Part shown: positions 32,666 to 45,629 of the stretch, in pieces
How positions within the stretch are numbered: the first letter of the stretch is position 1
Layout of the letters: every line of letters begins with the position of its first letter
From: Laetmonice hystrix
Taxonomy: Eukaryota
Direction of reading: 5' to 3'
Assembly (NCBI GenBank): GCA_965235115.1
Contig: OZ249436.1
Coordinates: 10,852,001 to 10,912,000 of the forward strand
Length of the DNA stretch: 60,000 nucleotides
Notes under the pieces: model-generated
Database searches by the model: none
Told to the model about the DNA's origin: nothing
The model's input: the letters and a program-made list of their open reading frames with translations, nothing else
Translations under genes and position numbers: made by a program

Positions 32666-35419
32666 ACTTGTTTCTTTTGGTGCTTTGTGAAAATGTATGA
32701 AAGTATGCAATTCTGAGGATTGGATAAGATACAACAAAACGATGATGGCAGATGCCCAGCGGAGGAAATTCCACCACATGTCAACGTCTTGTACTGTAAC
32801 ACAGGTGCAATTTATGGTTCAATCAGCTGTGATTCTAGCATGTATGTTGACAAATTATTGGAGGCTTCTTCCTGGCTTAACAAAAGTGTATTATACATCG
32901 TGATACTGAGCTTTAAAATATTGTATATTAGCCAACAAACATTGAAGCTCCAGTGGAACAAGACTCAATATCATTCCTCGATTAGGAATTAACAACCAAT
33001 GTAACCAATACCTTTTATACACGTCTAATGTACATATAAACACAAGAGCTGAACGGGTCGCAAATTGGTTTACATTGGTCGTAAATTTTGTGTAGGAATA
33101 TACGAGTAGTTAATTAAATTATTGCTGTTTGTTTTTGTTTACCCCATCTGTTGGATACATACACAGAATTGCATATTTTCGGGAACGACGTACAGACTTT
33201 TTGTAAGTGTATTTGTGTTCAGAATGTGACAAGAGCAACTGGATAATTTGGCTCAAAGAAGTACCATCAGTGGAACGACGATGACAGGGTGGCACCTCAC
33301 CTTCCCTACTGTCATCACCTTCGCCTCGTGTTGGCATGGCAACTGTGGCATCAAAATGGGCTCAGTGTGGACTCGGACTTCTACAGACACTAAGCATGTG
33401 CTGGCTTACATGTGCAGCACGTGTTTCCCGGCAGACAGACCTTAGAAAAAAAAAGACATGTTCATATGTGGTCGAAAGGCGACGTACATGGAACGTGTCC
33501 TTGTGACAGCCGTCACAGGGGACATCGACTACAGATGATGAAGAGACAAAAATATATATCAGGACTATGCAAGCTCGACAACGTGGCTTGTTTTATAAAT
33601 AAAATTATGAGAAACTGTGCGGTTAGATGTATTCGCATCAAGATGACAGCTTCATCATCCAGTTCCGATACTAACCTGAACCGTCTCCAAATGCACGGAT
33701 TCTGTATGACTAGGTTGAGACTGGACTTCATGGATACATACCACATTCACATGAATCAATCGAATCGGTCACTACACTTTTTAAGCAGCTTCAGAGAGTC
33801 GTTTTCTTAGGAACCAGTGGCTCTCATTGGTTAGTGATAGTGGAGTTGGACAGAGAACTTGTGTACAAGGCATGGCACGTCTGTGGCCCCTCTGAGTTAA
33901 ACTCTACCCTCCTACGGTACCAAACTGTATCTTGCAATCAGAGTAAGAGGATGCTCCTCCAAATGTCAGTAACCTGGGAAGATCTTGCGTGCCTGTCGTC
34001 CGTCAATCGTAACTTTGATGGAATTCAATCATGATATTTAATAAAAGAAGTTTTATATTTTAGATGCTCAGAGGATTATGGCAATATTTTTGACAGTATT
34101 TTTCTTAAGATACTTCCAGGTACTGTCTGGCCCTTATAGAGATTGTCATTGTGTTTCAAGGATCTCAAAAATTGGGAAAGGTGGATCACTGGAACTTTGG
34201 CCTTTTTGTACAGTACTTTGAAAGTATTATAACTTTTAGAAAAAGTCTTATGTACAAGCTAGTCTCTGCCAGTGTTCCAGGTTCCATCCATTTTCTAAAA
34301 TTTGGGGGAGTAGTCGCTCGATTGTTGCATGAGATAAGGGTTCATAGCGTATTTCTGCCCAGTTTAGTTCTCTCAAGGATATGTCGATCTCTAGAATGCT
34401 TAGTTGTGTCTTCACCCTGACAAAAGAACGGACCTGTGTTATGGTGCCTACAAACTGTTACCCTCCCAGATATCACCGGCTGGTTGTAGCTGCAAGGACG
34501 TGTATTCTCTGACTGCACATGTTTTCAAGAGAAATAATAAATATATAAAAGAAAAAAAATGAAAAAAAATCAGGAAAACTCTTCCGAAAAACATAAATGG
34601 TGATGTCCTTGTCCATGTCTTTAGTTTGTGGCCCTTTTTATGACTGTAATGCTGCAGTTCTCGAATGGAAATTGAGAGGGTGGGGAGGGAAATTCGATTC
34701 TCAAGAAATGTGAGGATTTCTTTATAGGATGAGCATAAATAGTTTGTGTCCATATAATACTGTTATATTAAGCCTTCTGCTGCCCACTGTCTGTAAGAAA
34801 TTAGTAACGCCTCTAACAATAGGACGTGGTCTACCATCATTGGGGTGTTTTTATATTTAATGCCCCCTTCCCAGGGACACGAAGGACATCGAATGAAAAG
34901 ATTGGTGGACAGGGTAGGAATATCGTGTTTTCCCATTTAACTACATGCACGTGTTCAGCAATATACGGCATAGGCCTAGCGCCTACTGCCATTTTTTACC
35001 GAATTTTTAAAGTAAGGCATTACTAGTCTTTTAATATAGAATAAAGAAATTATCCTTATCGTATATGATGGGTTGTCTAATTCTATGTAAAGGCCTCAAT
35101 CGGCTAGTACAATTAGGTCTAGGTATGTGAGGAGGATCCTCCTGTTGGGGTGTTTTACTGGTGACGTGCCCGCCATCTAGCGGATTTAAATTGAACTAGG
35201 CCTACTTTTTGATAGGCCATAGATCTCCTACACATCTATGGATAGGCCCAGTAGGCCTATCTCAGCTTAGCCTTTCCCTTTGTTGAAACGTCCACTACTT
35301 GAAAATCGAGAATGTTATGGGTCTTTTAAGCTGTATTCATCTGTGAATCAACGTTGCCGTGTTGCAGCGGCTTTAGATCAACGATTTCCACTTTCTCAAA
35401 GATTTCCAAGTTCAGTCAT

Positions 35420-35661
35420 CATCACGTGAATTAAACTCCCGGCAGAGGGCATGTACGCTACCTGCGTTGGTTAGTTTAGTTTGATATGTCCGTACGGAGC
35501 GTGCAGAGTATTTCCGGTTAGCCTGAGACTCTTCCGGTTCAGATTCAGACCGAACAGCCTCAGTCATGTGCGTTCATTACATGATTATGTAGCCTACAGA
35601 CAGTACAAGCGTAACAAGGGGGGAGGATCTCGAGTCGTGTTTCCACACTCCCGTATACCAG
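35420..35661 (+). promoter_or_regulatory. Probable MFSD12 promoter and non-coding exon 1
   Basis: CpG-rich. TCACGTGA at 35422-35429, ETS-like TTCCGG at ~35512 and ~35532, AGTCATGTGC at 35562-35571, donor CCAG|GTAAGG at 35661. Next acceptor at 37299. Confidence 0.55.
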
Positions 35662-35764
35662 GTAAGGTGTATGTCTAGGTGTATGTATGTCCACCACGAG
35701 AACGGGTAGTGATTCATTCACTGGTCTGATGCCGTAAGGGTCTGCGTGTAACAAATCGGCATTA

Positions 35765-36020
35765 CCTACTTCTACTACTACTAGTACTAGTAGTAGTAGT
35801 ACTACTAGGCTAGTATAAACAAAGAACGTCTACTGATATCTTTGGTATAAAACTACTACTACTACGGTACTACTACTAGTACTACTGTCTACTACTAGTA
35901 CTACTGACCTGTGGCTGTAGTGACTAGTGTAGTTTTAGACTCCAGTTTTAGACTCCAGTAGGCCTACTGGCAGTAGTACTACTAGTACTATCAAGGATAG
36001 TAGTACTAGTAGTCGGTAGA
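35765..36020. repeat. Degenerate (TAC)n/(TAG)n microsatellite
   Basis: Alternating CTA and TAG runs in MFSD12 intron 1. Confidence 0.85.
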
Positions 36021-36081
36021 GTAGAGACAGAGAGGTAGAACACAGACAGTCACAGTCAACACATAACAGGGGCGGATCCAG

Positions 36082-36302
36082 GGCCGGGTTGCACTAACGG
36101 TCCTACGGATTAGGACTGAATTTAGGACCAGTCCTACATTCAACAGGGGCCAATATCCATAATTTAAATGTAATTCGTCAACTTTTATATCTCAAGGGCT
36201 ATTGAAACTCAGATAGATATGAAGTGCTTGGGGGGCATGACACTCAGTACGACTGGTCCTAAATTCAGTCCTAACCCGTAGGACCGTTAGTGCAACCCGC
36301 CC
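36082..36302. mobile_element. Harbinger/PIF-like MITE with ~50-bp TIRs and CAG TSD, nested in the left TIR of a CAGGGGCGGATCCAGG-type element (36067-36662)
   Basis: GGCCGGGTTGCACTAACGGTCCTACGGATTAGGACTGAATTTAGGACCAGTC and its near-perfect reverse complement, flanked by CAG. Removing it restores CAGGGGCGGATCCAGGATTTT, which pairs with AAAATCCTGGATCCCCGACTG ending at 36662. Confidence 0.85.
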
Positions 36303-37477
36303 CAGGATTTTTTGCAGCGGGGGTGAGTGGGCAAAAGGTGCCCGTGCCGAGGGGGATGGGCTCTCTGACTGAAAATGTTTAGGAATAGGCCTAGGGCCAT
36401 AGATAGATGCTATTGCGTATTGGCTGGCTTCTCAGCCGAAAACTGAAGTGAAGAGTTTTCGGTGCAGACCTTTTGGTCAAAATTAATGTATTAATCAGTG
36501 GGGCAACCAGGGGGGCTTGGCCCCCCTTATATATATATTCCTTTTTTCTATGAAGATGCATTAGTACCATCAAATGAAGTCATGATGCGTGGCGAGCGTA
36601 GCGAGGCCAAAAATTTTTTAGGTGGGCCCCACCCCCTTACCAAAATCCTGGATCCCCGACTGATTAATGCATGTTTATTGGAAAGGGGGGAAAATCCTGG
36701 AAGTAATCTTCATACCCCTTGTCAGATAAAGTTAGCGAGCCTGGTTATGAGCCTAAATGGGGCCATTTCGGTTCACCTGAATTTTTGGGTAATCCAAACT
36801 TTTTCGGGTTCGGGTTAAGTGGAACTAAGTGTATAGGGCCTTGATCTAAGATTAACCTACAGCTGCTTAGAACTACCATATAAAGATTAGGTATTGGAGG
36901 AATGATTTATCTCGGTTGATTAAGTGCAGCACGTGTTCATGTCCAGGATATCACAAGATGACAGGTGACCATGAGGGTCAATTGAAGCTGTCACAAGATA
37001 GAAGTATCAATACCCAGAATTGTGTGCTTGCCTGGTTAACATAGCAGAGCAGCAAAGTATACATACATACCGGTCCTTTCCATGAAGTCAATGGTTCTTG
37101 AGTACATGTTTAGCTGGGGTAGGTCTGTGTCTGTTATACTTTGCCATGTGGTGGAGTTATGTCAGCCCGGGCTCTATGTGCTTGTGATGAGGCCAAAGTC
37201 TGTTCACAAACGATTTCTTTTAGTGCAGTGTCATGCCCCATGTGCACTACACTGATAGATCAAGCAATGGTGTTTATATACTGCATTTATTTTTTTCAGG
37301 ATCTGTTGTGATTGAAGTCATGTGATTAGTGAAGGGACCATGCACCAGTCTACCCTCCCTGATTACAGTCTGTAGGAGGCCATCACTTACCAACCAAGAC
37401 AACCATCTATCCATCCATCTCCCCTTCCATCCATCTATCCGTCCATACATACAGACTCACACACAGACACTCACAGG

Positions 37478-40400
37478 ATGCCTGAACCGACTTACAGGTT
37501 ACCGTCGTGGCGACGGGCAGGTTATGGTGTGGGACACGTTCTCAATGATCTGTGTGCTTCCATTTGGTTCAGCTACTTCCTCCTCTACTTCCACTCCGTG
37601 CTCAATTTTAGCAATCAAAATGCTGGCTATCTCATGCTCATAGGTCAAATTGCTGATGCGATTTGTACCCCACTTGTTGGATATGAATCTGACAGGACTG
37701 CAGGATTTTTTCGCTACACCAAAAGAAAAAGCTGGCATCTGATCGGTGAGTATTTATTTGACAGAGGCTCAAGAAAGTGAAGAGTACAGGTCCAAGTCTC
37801 GGTTGTTATTTTGCTGAATCCATAATGGCAGTTAAATATTTCCGTTTTTCAACATTTATTTCAAAAATCTGTCTAAGTTTCTAATGATATACATTTATCA
37901 TATTGTTTGAGATTCTCATTCTCATTCTCAGACTCCTAGGGATCCAGGTTTAACGCAGTTGATGAAAACATGCTTAACGAATATCAAGTGAGAGAATTAT
38001 GTGTTGTCACCGGAGAAGTCCTTTAGTTGTTCGTTTTCTACCATTTCAGGTACCATATGTGTGGCATGCACCTTCCCGTTTATCTTCATGGTGTGCCTGG
38101 GATGTTCACACTCACAATCCTGGGCACAGTTCCTTTATTACGCCCCCTTTATCGCCATCTTTCAGTTTGGCTGGGCATCGACACAGATCTCTCACCTCTC
38201 TCTCATCCCCGAGTTAACACCAAACGGGAGTGAGAGGGTTGAATTAAATGCTATAAGGTGTGTGAACTGTTAGTGCAATCTTTGTTTGAATTGGCAAGTA
38301 ACAGCCATCATTTTTCCTCATTGTCAGTTGCCCTCCGTGATACTGAATATCATTTTCCTGATAGCGACACATTGTTTTCTCTAGGTATGCCCTAACTGTG
38401 TGCAGTAACATTGCTGTGTATGTGATGGCTTGGTTGCTGCTCAACCAGGATAAAGGATCTGCTGAACTTGGTCCTGAAGATGCATCCAAGTTTAGGGTAA
38501 ACAACTCTGAGATTACATTTAATATTAAAGGTGCTATTCGTGAAAAAAAGTTCAATCTTTTTATTTTTAATTTTGTTGACGTTTATGTGATCCCACCTAT
38601 CATGGAAATAGATTCAGAACAAAGGAAATCAAAATTTTTCATGGATAACGGCACAAATGGGGCTCTCTCAGAAGGCCTGTGGAGACCCTGACACGCCCCA
38701 CCATAGGAAATGGCTCTATCTCGGTGCGCACCGAGATAGGTTTTAAATGCTGCACACAAACTAATAGAAGGTTTATCAGGCCAATGGTATCGGTAGGAAT
38801 TTTTTCTAGTACTATGTGCACAATGTATGATAGGAGAAATGCCATTCTGTGCGAGACGAATAGCACCTTTAAGGGACAGCAAATCCCAGTTTGTTAACAT
38901 CTTTAAGAGTGGAGAAAATCAGTATATGATGCATATATAATAGCGAGCCCAATGTAATCTTGTATTTATTAGATAATTGTTGGATTGAAGACCCCAGAGA
39001 TTGTCACATGCTCCCAGACATTTTGGCAAAATCTCAATCTCAGTAACATAGGGAAACAAATCCCTTTGAGTGGAACTTTTTAACCTTCTCATAGCAAACT
39101 GTATATTGCTGTTTTGAATATCATCAGAAGTGAAGTATGTGAACCATGCCTGTGTTGCAGATTTTAGTGTTGATGGCAGTAGGCATAGGTCTTTCGTTTT
39201 CCCTATTTTTTCACCTGTTGACACAAGAGAGGCATGAAGTAGATCGGCCTCGTGGTCTTTACTCCACCCTGAGTCTTCACCAAAAAATGCAGTGGAAAGA
39301 CTGGCTAAAGGAGCACCAGTTTTATATGGTATGTAGAGAGCACTCGGCAGGATGGTTAGTTATTTTTATAATTTTTTTGATAGATTTGTAGTGAGTTTAA
39401 CCAAATAATTTCATAAGAACTTTCATAAGGACTTTTTTGGCTTGTAATTTATAATTGCTATTTTTGTACAGGTATGATATTTGTTGAAAGGCTGCATGAA
39501 TTTGCTTTAATCATGTGATGAACAAATAATTTTCACTTTATGTACATGTGCTGACCAATGTTTTCCAGATTGCCTTTTTGTACATGTGTACACGGTTAGT
39601 TGTGAACGTCTCCCAGATATACCTACCCATGTATGTGATCGACAGCCTCAAACTTAACAAAGTAAGTCTAAGAAATCAAAGCCTTACTCCAAAGAAACCT
39701 GGCTTTCTGCTATTTCTATGTTTTTTTCCTGAAAGTTTCCCAGACATGTTTTCAGTAAGAAAAAAGAACATAGATCAGGTATTAACAAATAATTTGGTAG
39801 GTGGGAAAACAGTACCTCCCTGAATGAAATGAATGAAAAAAAAGGAGATACAAATGTTGTATCCAAAAGCATCTCTAGATAGACACACTTCCTGATATGA
39901 CATGATTTAACTTGTCTTTTTTTAATCCAACAGGTATTCATCGCAACTGTGCCATTATCAGTGTTTGTCAGTGGATTTCTTACTGCCTTCATTATGAGAC
40001 CTCTCAATAACTTGGCAGGTAGAAAGGTATGCATTGAACTACTTTCCTGATTTGCGTGACTCAAAAGAGATACAATATTTGGAGCAAATTTGTTTAATTA
40101 ACACAGCCACAAACTTGTTTTATTGGACATCAACATTTTACACTCGGATATACGGTACCCCGTCTTTCTGAAGTCTTTCTGATTTCTGCCAATGTGGTGC
40201 TTTACTTTCCAGACATCCCTGTATGAAATACAATGTAGTTTTTGATTTGCTTTAAAGGTGCTATTCGTGAAAAAAAGTTAAATTTTTTTATTTTTAATTT
40301 TGTTGACGTTTATGTGATGCCACCTATCATGGAAATAGATTCACAACAAAGGAAATCAAAATTTTTCATGGATAATGGCACAAATGGGACTCTCTCAGAA

Positions 40401-42339
40401 AGCCTGTGGAGACCCTGACACGCCCCACCATAGGAAATGGCTCTATCTCGGTGCGCACCGAGATAGGTTTCAAATGCTGCACACAAACTAATAGAAGGTT
40501 TTTCAGGCCAATGGTATCGGTAGGAATTTTTTGTAGTACTATGTGCACAATGTATGATAGGAGAAATGCCATTCTGTGCGAGACGAATAGCACCTTTAAA
40601 GGTCATGAACTTAATTGATTTTTGGGTGTGTCCCACCTCTAGCAGTCATTATCCAAGGTGTTACCTGTTTCAGGTGACCTACCTGATGGGGATCTGCCTG
40701 GTCCTTGCAGCTTGTGTCTGGATGTTCTTTATCAGACAAAGCTCCGCCCTAGAGGTGTTTGGTGCTGGCATTCTGATTGGTGCAGGAGGATCAACAATTC
40801 TTGTCACCTCACTCTCCTTGACAGCCGATCTCATAGGGGATAGAACGGTATGGTTTTAATAACATCATTAAACATTAAAAATGTCGTTTCCAGATTCAGA
40901 TGGCGGAAATAGTTGTGGGCTTCCAACCGATTTTTATTACAATGGAAATTTACCGTACTTGCCACAGTCTATGAAATGTTGCGAATATTTTGGTATGAGA
41001 TCTTATTGCTTAAATAATAATTTCAAAGGCTATCAAAATCATAATAACATGAACATGAAAGGACATTGAGCAGCTGAATTGAAACCAAATAAAGTAAGTT
41101 GTGAACTTACAAATGCCAGTTTTAATTTTCAGGAGAGTGGAGCCTTTGTATATGGGGCCATGAGTTTTACTGATAAACTTTCCAATGGAGTGGCTATCGT
41201 CTTAATACAGCACATGCACCCCTGCAAGTAAGTGTTGTGACTCATTAGCCAGGCACGGTTCACGCTACTGATCTATTGACCTTTTGGGTGCCTGTTTGTA
41301 CATGTTTGTGAAGTGAAACTGATGTGTGACTTTAGAATTCTGACTGTGGGCTAGAGAGGCGATCTTATATGGTCCACACAATACCTAGAGAATTTATGGA
41401 CGGAATCATGAAAAAATGTATTCTGATATGATGTGTGTTAAAAAGTGTGTAAAAAAGGTTGGTTTTTTTTCTTCTTCATCTTCTTTTTTAATTTTTTTTT
41501 TGACAGAACGAGCGCATGTTGCCCAGCGTGCACGTGGTACTACCGGGACATGATGGTGTTTGTTGTAGGGGGCGTTGCTATACTTGCTCTCGTATGCCTC
41601 ATCCTTCTAGTTCCCCAGAAGATAGGTAGATTACGAAAATGTTTAGGTACAGTATATTCCAAGAAATCTGTATAACTAAAGAAAAAAAACATGAATTTTG
41701 GTAAATATTGGGTTAGTTTTAATGAGAGAGAGGCGTCTTAGATGAAAAAAGTGTATCAAGTAATGCGTGGAGTTCACTGCACTCGTCTTACCCGGGTTAA
41801 TTGCCGTTTTATTTGCGAAGTCCTAGTGTTAATGTATGATGAGCAGACTAACCAGTTGTTTTACCCAAGCAGGTATGCCGGATGATGAAGACGAGACCAA
41901 GTCACTGATGACGCCCAGGAGTGACCCGGAGCTGACCTCATCCTCAGACGACTGCTGCAGCTATCTGTGCTGTGTGAACTCGAGCCGTGAAGCACAGGTC
42001 CACCAGGCCGTGGTTTGTGGGGCGTGTGGCCAGGTGTCCTGTGGCACGCTCTGTGCCAACACTGCCACGGACGGCCGCTCGGCCCCACACATGTACGAGA
42101 GCATCGACTCACTGGTACGGGCGGCGGCCCAGCAGAACCCCGGCACATCCAACCAAGGCCATCCCTCCCCAGAACCCGTTTCCAGCAATGGGAAACTACT
42201 AGCCGAGCGGGAACTGAAAAATTGTATTGACTGTAAAGACACTGCAGCTAATGGAGAAACACTCTCGCAACTGGCAGACGAAACAGACAGATCGAGGGTA
42301 AAATTGAAAGTTGATGTCGATGTTCATGCCAAAAATTAG
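37478..42339 (+). CDS. MFSD12: Major facilitator superfamily domain-containing protein 12 (MFSD12-like), 10 coding exons
   Basis: Exons 37478-37745, 38050-38257, 38385-38496, 39161-39328, 39569-39661, 39934-40026, 40674-40847, 41133-41227, 41507-41646 (alternative donor ~41624), 41870/41873-42339. Family motifs [99 protein letters not shown]. Confidence 0.95.
38529..38868. mobile_element. 340-bp MITE with TTAA TSD (Kolobok-like), copy 1
   Basis: TTAA|AGGTGCTATTCGT...ACGAATAGCACCT|TTAA; near-identical to 40256-40595. Confidence 0.9.
40256..40595. mobile_element. 340-bp MITE with TTAA TSD (Kolobok-like), copy 2
   Basis: Same TIRs, TSD, length and orientation as copy 1, with only scattered substitutions. 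Confidence 0.9.
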
Positions 42340-42541
42340 TGTCTAATAGCATAACACTACGGCTCTTTGCCCAAATATCTGTAGATAATGGAAGCCTTAA
42401 TACTCAGTCTAGAGAAAAAAAAAGTTGGGCTTACATGGGGCGTCTGGAATCTTGTATCAATGTTTTATCTGGTCTTTTTGATATAAGAATGTACTGAAAA
42501 ACATTTCCACTGAACCAGAAAAGTTGTGAGAGTACCGGTAG

Positions 42542-43019
42542 CAGGGTGCCCAGCACTCCTATATTTCCTATAAAAACATTTTTCTTGCCATTCTATAACT
42601 TCCTATATTTCGAGAAAATTCCTATAAATTCCTATATTTGAACATTTCTGTAAGCCTGTACATGTTGATATGAGACGTTTCATTGTGGAAACATAGAAAG
42701 TACTTACTTAATAATTTACTCAAGGCTGATTATCCATTGGTGGTTTTTATCTGATTCTAACTGGATCAACTTTATGTATATTAAAAAGTGGTGGGGGTGA
42801 AAGGTTGTAGGGTTAGGGGAGGCCTTCTTGAATGTATACAAATGTGTTTATTTGCCATTTTAGAAGCTACCATATACCTCAATCTTGCCTGTGATAATCG
42901 CCTGTATACGTGTACATGTACACGTAAAATGACAAAAATTGCTCATATATTCCTATAATTTTGGTTTGAAAATTCCTATATTCCTATAATATTCTGTGTG
43001 TAAACTGCTGGGTACCCTG
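42542..43019. mobile_element. hAT-like MITE with 6-bp TSD in MFSD12 3' UTR region
   Basis: CAGGGTGCCCAGCA...TGCTGGGTACCCTG flanked by CGGTAG, with subterminal TCCTATA repeats. Confidence 0.85.
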
Positions 43020-45629
43020 CGGTAGTTGACTCCATTTTGAACAGAAATTGATGAATTGAAAATTCCGCCCTGATATTTTAGGACTAATTTGTGATATTTT
43101 TAGAATGACCTCAGGCCCTGTACTTTATAAGTAATGTATGGTCGTTATAATGAGGAGAAAGTATTGTTTGAAGATGTATTGTATTACATTAATCATTCCG
43201 AGCTAAGACAATGCTGGATTGCTCTCAGTTCATGAATGCTGACTGCCGTGTGGATGCGTGAGGTGCATGCACGGTGTAGATAAGGAACCTGCGTCTGACT
43301 AGACAGAGGTTTTTACAAACTACTATTGAAGAGTTAAATGTCCTGTGACCTCAGAAACAGAAATTTGTCGAGTAGATATAAATATATACTTTACATGCTA
43401 ACGTATATAATATAATATTGAAGCTTTATCCGTTGCAGCACTTGATTGTCATGTGATACTAGGTGATAATGCAATGTGAAAAGGTATGCGGCGGCAAGCC
43501 TCTTAGGTTAACCGCTAGGTGTCAGCACCCGGGATTCAACAACATATAAGGCACAGGTATGTCGTGTTTTAAATGTGTCTTAAACACTGCCATTGTGCTG
43601 TTTAGTAATTTCTGACACGTCTGAAAATATCCTTTTAAACCGTAACAGAAAAGAGCCCTACAGATGTTAACTTAAGGAATCTGTGGATATAAGGAAAATA
43701 TTCTATATTGTACATGGTCTAACAAGTAATATTTTAAAGAATGGTTTCTTGTTTCATTTATTTATCGTTTCCTCTTTCATCTGGAAACAAAAGGTGCAAT
43801 AAATGCTTTAATACCTCAGGAAGGACTATAGCAGTAGGGCTCGCCAGTTCTTGTGTCCTAGATATGTAAATGACGTAAAATAGCCTCAAACCACTTCGCT
43901 TTGGGGATGAATAAAATGTAACGTGACAAATTTCCCATAGGTTTAACATAGGCTCAGTAAACTCACTTTCTAAAATCAGGCTGTATTGTAACAATTATAA
44001 CTTCTTTCATGTAAAATGTACCTCTTCATTCACTAAACTAGTTAGTCATATCTGTAAGGCTCAAGATTCAAAGTGCCCCCATTGGGGAGTAAACATATTT
44101 TTAAGTTGACAGTCGCCAGTTCCTATGGGCGTAGCAATGCTAAGCTGACGAGACTATCCCACGTCTCGCTCGTTCTGGCATATTTACATATCTAGGAACT
44201 GGTCAGCCCTATACTCTGTTTTTAGCAGCATACTTTTCTCGGCAGTATTGTTAAATGCTGACATCATTTTTTAGGTATCCTACCCTAGTTAAGGTATTTA
44301 TTCTGAGGTTTTGACTTTATTGTGAACGAGGTGAAAAGTTTATCTTTGTGCGGTGTATCCAGGATGAGTTCATAGATCCCTAACCGGGTCACCAGATGGG
44401 AACTGGCGGTGTCAGCATGTGTTTGGGTGCAGGGTGGCAGGTAAACTTTTATGCAGTGTTCATATTTATATCCATGATAAGTCTATACTGGCGGCACATG
44501 GAAAATGGCAGGAATTTGTATACTTCTATATGTGATGAGATCAGTGTTTGCATGGATCTTGTGTGATCTTATCATATTGCGATATGGCAGGGTGGGGCGA
44601 GCTGTGTGCGGATTGTGGTCCCGTAATGAAGAAATGGTAAAGATGACAGCGATGTAAGGAATAAAAAGACTGACTTTGCAGAGAATATATACGTAGTTTG
44701 CTATGAGCGATATTATTTTTATAATTGTGGTGTATGTGGTCATATAGTGGTCCACATGAAGTCGTCAATAACTGGGAATAGAGTATTGTTTCTCTTTTAC
44801 TGAAGAACGATGATTGCTTCACACATTGAAATATTCTGCTTAAATAATTATCTGAGAATGAGATTGCTATGTTAACTGTGATGGAGAAATGAAGAGAGTG
44901 TAATTTACAACTGTAAATACTCATAAATTTGGTTGTGTGCCGGGTGCGATGGGGGCTCCTGTATTGAAGGGTGAAGCTTCGGGAGGGGGGGGGGGTACAG
45001 TCAAAATGGAAGTAGGGAGAAATCGTGAAGGAAAGTCGTCACGGGTTGACCTATAATTATAGGAAAAGGTGGTCATTTCACGCCATTTCTAGCGCCGAGC
45101 GTTTGCATTAAGTTTACAGTATAAAATAACAATGTGCATTATTCCTTTGAAAGGAAGTCTTCTCGTCGCCTCATATTTCAATAAAATATTTCAATAATGC
45201 TTACATTTTATTATCGCCATAGATGCCGTCTTGCATGTAGCAGTTTTCTTTAGAATTTGGCGTAATAAAAATAAATAAATAAAAAAAGAAAAATTTAAAT
45301 AGACGATGTGCATGTAGGTAGACATGCGATCCACCATCTGGAGCCACCAGCAGCCTCATTCCACTGATATATTAGCCCGTAACTTGAAACTGATAGGCCT
45401 AGTCTGGAATGAAATTACTAATCCAGATACTCCTAATAAGCATGAGTTACGTTGTACCATGCACATTTAAACGTAGAGGCCTACAGCATGCAATTAGGCA
45501 GTTCCCCTCATCCTTGTTGATATCGGATCGGTCAAAGTCGGGATGTTTCTCAAAGAAATTAACCGAATCGGTAATAGATTGCTTGTCAATAATGAATGTT
45601 GGTATGGGACCTTTGTTTTCAAGTTACAT

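Noticed and set aside
32372..32779. Antisense ORFs over the last G3BP exon (similar cases over MFSD12 and channel exons)
   Set aside because: They are shadow ORFs of GC-rich coding exons.
38583..40636. Pairs of similar ORFs (38583..38900 and 40310..40636, etc.) suggesting duplicated genes
   Set aside because: They are translations of the two MITE copies.
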